Notes under the pieces: generated by a model | The model's database searches: none | Told to the model about the DNA's origin: nothing | What the model saw: the letters and a program-made list of their open reading frames with translations, nothing else | Origin: Antedon mediterranea | Taxonomy: Eukaryota > Animalia > Echinodermata | Reading direction: 5' to 3' | Assembly (NCBI RefSeq): GCF_964355755.1 | Contig: NC_092672.1 | Span: 24,627,237-24,691,236 of the forward strand | Length of the DNA stretch: 64,000 bases | Part shown: piece after piece, positions 61,729 through 64,000 of the stretch | Numbering within the stretch: the first letter of the stretch is position 1 | Layout of the letters: each line of letters begins with the position of its first letter | Made by a program: the position numbers and the translations under genes

Positions 61729-62373
61729 ATGTTAAAAATGATGAGTAATTTACAATCCAAACAAACTAAGCTTGAGTCCGACATGATAGGTCTAAAACAA
61801 GAAATGAAAGAGTGTAGAGAAGATTTTAAAGTCAGTCAGTCGCATGTTGAGGAAAGATTGAATGATATAAGAAAAGAAATACATGATGGACCGAGAAATT
61901 TACCTGTTGTAGAAGAAATAGTGTCCGAAAAATTAAATGAATACGAGGAGAGAGAAAGAAGGAAGAATAATCTTATTTTTTATGGAATTGAGGAATCCCA
62001 AAGTAAAAACCCAGAAACAAGAAAACAAGATGACACAGATCAGTTGAATGAGATATTGTGTCGCAAACTAGATGTACAAAAGTATGAAGTTAAAGCAGTC
62101 TACAGACTTGGGAAAAGAGATTCAGAAAAATGCAGACCATTGAAAGTAGAGATGGGCCAAGTCAGTACATGTTATGAAGTCTTAAAAAAACTGAGAAATA
62201 TAAAGCCAGAATCTGTACAAATATCCAAGGATCGAACAAAAACTGAGAGAGAGAAGTATAAGGCACTTAAAATGGAACTTAAAGAGAGATTAGATAGTGG
62301 AGAAGAAAACCTCGTAATTAGAAACTATAAAATAGTTCATCGTAGTTTTCGGACCACTGACAGAGCCGAGTAG
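61729..62373 (+). CDS. CR1 LINE ORF1 (coiled coil + RRM-like)
   Basis: ERERRKNNLIFYGIEE, RLGK...RPLKV, ISKDRT motifs; in-frame WYCRTC PHD remnant just upstream. Confidence 0.8.
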   Translation: MLKMMSNLQSKQTKLESDMIGLKQEMKECREDFKVSQSHVEERLNDIRKEIHDGPRNLPVVEEIVSEKLNEYEERERRKNNLIFYGIEESQSKNPETRKQDDTDQLNEILCRKLDVQKYEVKAVYRLGKRDSEKCRPLKVEMGQVSTCYEVLKKLRNIKPESVQISKDRTKTEREKYKALKMELKERLDSGEENLVIRNYKIVHRSFRTTDRAE

Positions 62374-62446
62374 AAGAAATTTAAAACAACAGAAAAATTT
62401 AAGTTTTAATGTTTCAAATACCACAAGAATTAGTAACATTACGTTC

Positions 62447-64000
62447 ATGTATACTAACTGCGACTCAATTCTAAACAAGAGAGATGAATTTAAGTTAAGA
62501 ATAAAAGACTCTGATCCAGATATAATTTTGCTAACTGAAATATTGCCCAAACACTCTTTGTACCAAGTACAAAAAAATGAATTGGAAATTGAAGAGTATA
62601 ATTTTTATTATTCTGAGAAAAAAAAAGGTATTGGAATCTACGTTAAAAGTCATTTATCAGTTTCCGTTGTTGACTTTGAGAGCGATTTTGAAGAATCACT
62701 GTGGGTTGAAGTTTACGTTGGCAGTCAAAGAATGGTAATAGGATGCATGTACAGAAGCCCCAACAGCACCATGGAAAATAATTTTAAAATTAGAGAGCTA
62801 TTTGGCAGAGTGAATATGATCAAATGTGATTACTTAATTGTGGCCGGTGACTTTAATTTTGGTAACATTTGTTGGCCAGATGAGAAAATTTATCAAGGCG
62901 AAAAGATTGAAAGTCAACGTTTTCTTGATATTATTAAAGATCTATTCTGGTACCAGCACATTACAGTACCCACTCGATTTAGATCGGGCCAAGAACCAAG
63001 TCTACTAGATTTAATTTTTTCCAAAAATGTAGATGAGGTAGAAGATATAAATATTAAACCGCCTTTAGGAAAAAGTGACCACGCAATTGTTACCTTTAAA
63101 GTGGAAGTTGAGGGACAGGAAAGAAGGGAACATACGGAGGCTCGAAACTATTATAGAGGAGAGTATGATAATATGAGGCAAGCTTTGAAAATATCAGACG
63201 TTAAACATTTTTATGAAATAAATAGTGGAATTGAAATGAGTAAAGCAATTGAAAATAAAATTAATGAGTGTGTTTCAATATATGTCCCATTACGAAGAAA
63301 AAATGTAAATACAAAAAAAGAATGGATGAACAACGAACTGAAAAACGAAATTAAGAAAAAACATAACAAATGGAACAGGTTCCAAAAGAAAAAGAATAAA
63401 CAATCATGGTCCGAGTTTACCATCCAAAGAAATAGAACCACAGATCTAATTAAGAAAACAAAAGCAGAGTTTGAGCTAAAACTAGCTAGAGATGTCAAAA
63501 CCAATCCAAAAAACTTTTGGAAGTATGTTAAAGGGAAAACAAAAAAGAAATCTGGAATTCCAACTCTAACTGATAATAATGGCAAAAGTGTAACAGAAGA
63601 TACTGATAAAGCTAATCTACTAAACGATTCTTTTGCATCTGTTTTCACAATTGAAAATACTGAAGATATACCTATACTTAGTCCACGAGTAGATGATATT
63701 GTACTAAACATAGTACATTTTTCTAAGGAAGGTATCGAGGAATACCTCAATAAGTTAGATATTTGTAAGTCTCCTGGTCCAGACAAAATAAACTCTCGAG
63801 TCTTAAAGGAAACAAGTTTACAATTGGCTGATCTCTTTAAGCATTTATTCACTAAATTGATGAAGCAAGGAGCTATCCCCCTATCTTGGGGCCTCGCAGA
63901 CGTTATACCTATATTCAAAAAAGGTAATAAGTCTACACCCTTGAATTATAGACCAGTGAGCCTGACTTCACTAGTATGTAAAACTATGGAAACAGTCATT
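62447..64000 (+). CDS. CR1 LINE ORF2 (APE endonuclease + start of RT), open to the window end
   Basis: MYTNCDSILNK, LTEI, YRSP, GDFN, LDL, SDH, KSPGPD, PIFKKG, NYRPVSLTS; 518 codons with no stop seen. Confidence 0.88.
   Translation, partial: MYTNCDSILNKRDEFKLRIKDSDPDIILLTEILPKHSLYQVQKNELEIEEYNFYYSEKKKGIGIYVKSHLSVSVVDFESDFEESLWVEVYVGSQRMVIGCMYRSPNSTMENNFKIRELFGRVNMIKCDYLIVAGDFNFGNICWPDEKIYQGEKIESQRFLDIIKDLFWYQHITVPTRFRSGQEPSLLDLIFSKNVDEVEDINIKPPLGKSDHAIVTFKVEVEGQERREHTEARNYYRGEYDNMRQALKISDVKHFYEINSGIEMSKAIENKINECVSIYVPLRRKNVNTKKEWMNNELKNEIKKKHNKWNRFQKKKNKQSWSEFTIQRNRTTDLIKKTKAEFELKLARDVKTNPKNFWKYVKGKTKKKSGIPTLTDNNGKSVTEDTDKANLLNDSFASVFTIENTEDIPILSPRVDDIVLNIVHFSKEGIEEYLNKLDICKSPGPDKINSRVLKETSLQLADLFKHLFTKLMKQGAIPLSWGLADVIPIFKKGNKSTPLNYRPVSLTSLVCKTMETVI

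Larger units (their letters stand above)
61600..64000 (+). mobile_element. CR1-clade LINE running off the window end
   Basis: CpG-containing leader, ORF1 and ORF2 in tandem. Confidence 0.88.

Noticed and set aside
63211-63918. 235-aa minus-strand ORF
   Set aside because: Antisense shadow of CR1 ORF2; similar shadows occur on the RTE and Gypsy elements.

Overview
AT-rich, intron-rich animal genomic DNA, probably a marine invertebrate such as an echinoderm (inferred from the repeat and gene style only). The first ~29 kb hold a + strand gene of at least 22 exons (5278-28919, 5' part unresolved). It encodes a ROCO-family protein of >=1078 aa with the order ankyrin - Death - Roc GTPase (large micro-exon-encoded insert) - COR - Death - Death. 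The exon chain is phase-consistent except for one extra base near 22116-22118, which creates a stop at 22126. Its introns contain a 23-bp minisatellite built from a splice donor, an Academ-like long-TIR transposon derivative, a tRNA-Asp(ATC)-like repeat and MITEs; a tRNA-derived SINE lies just upstream. The rest is transposon-rich: an RTE LINE, tandem repeats, a CsRn1-type Gypsy element with a CR1-like LINE nested in one LTR, a PHD/FLYWCH MULE remnant, a Rex1/Babar-like LINE, a Penelope RT fragment, Kolobok-like and hAT non-autonomous elements, and a CR1 LINE whose ORF2 is open to the window edge. Most notable observations: both C-terminal Death exons end in peroxisomal PTS1 tripeptides (SKL, CRL); a lone caspase-like exon lies at 38814-38878; a P-element-type excision footprint sits at 38918-38963; and TA-site excision scars are widespread.
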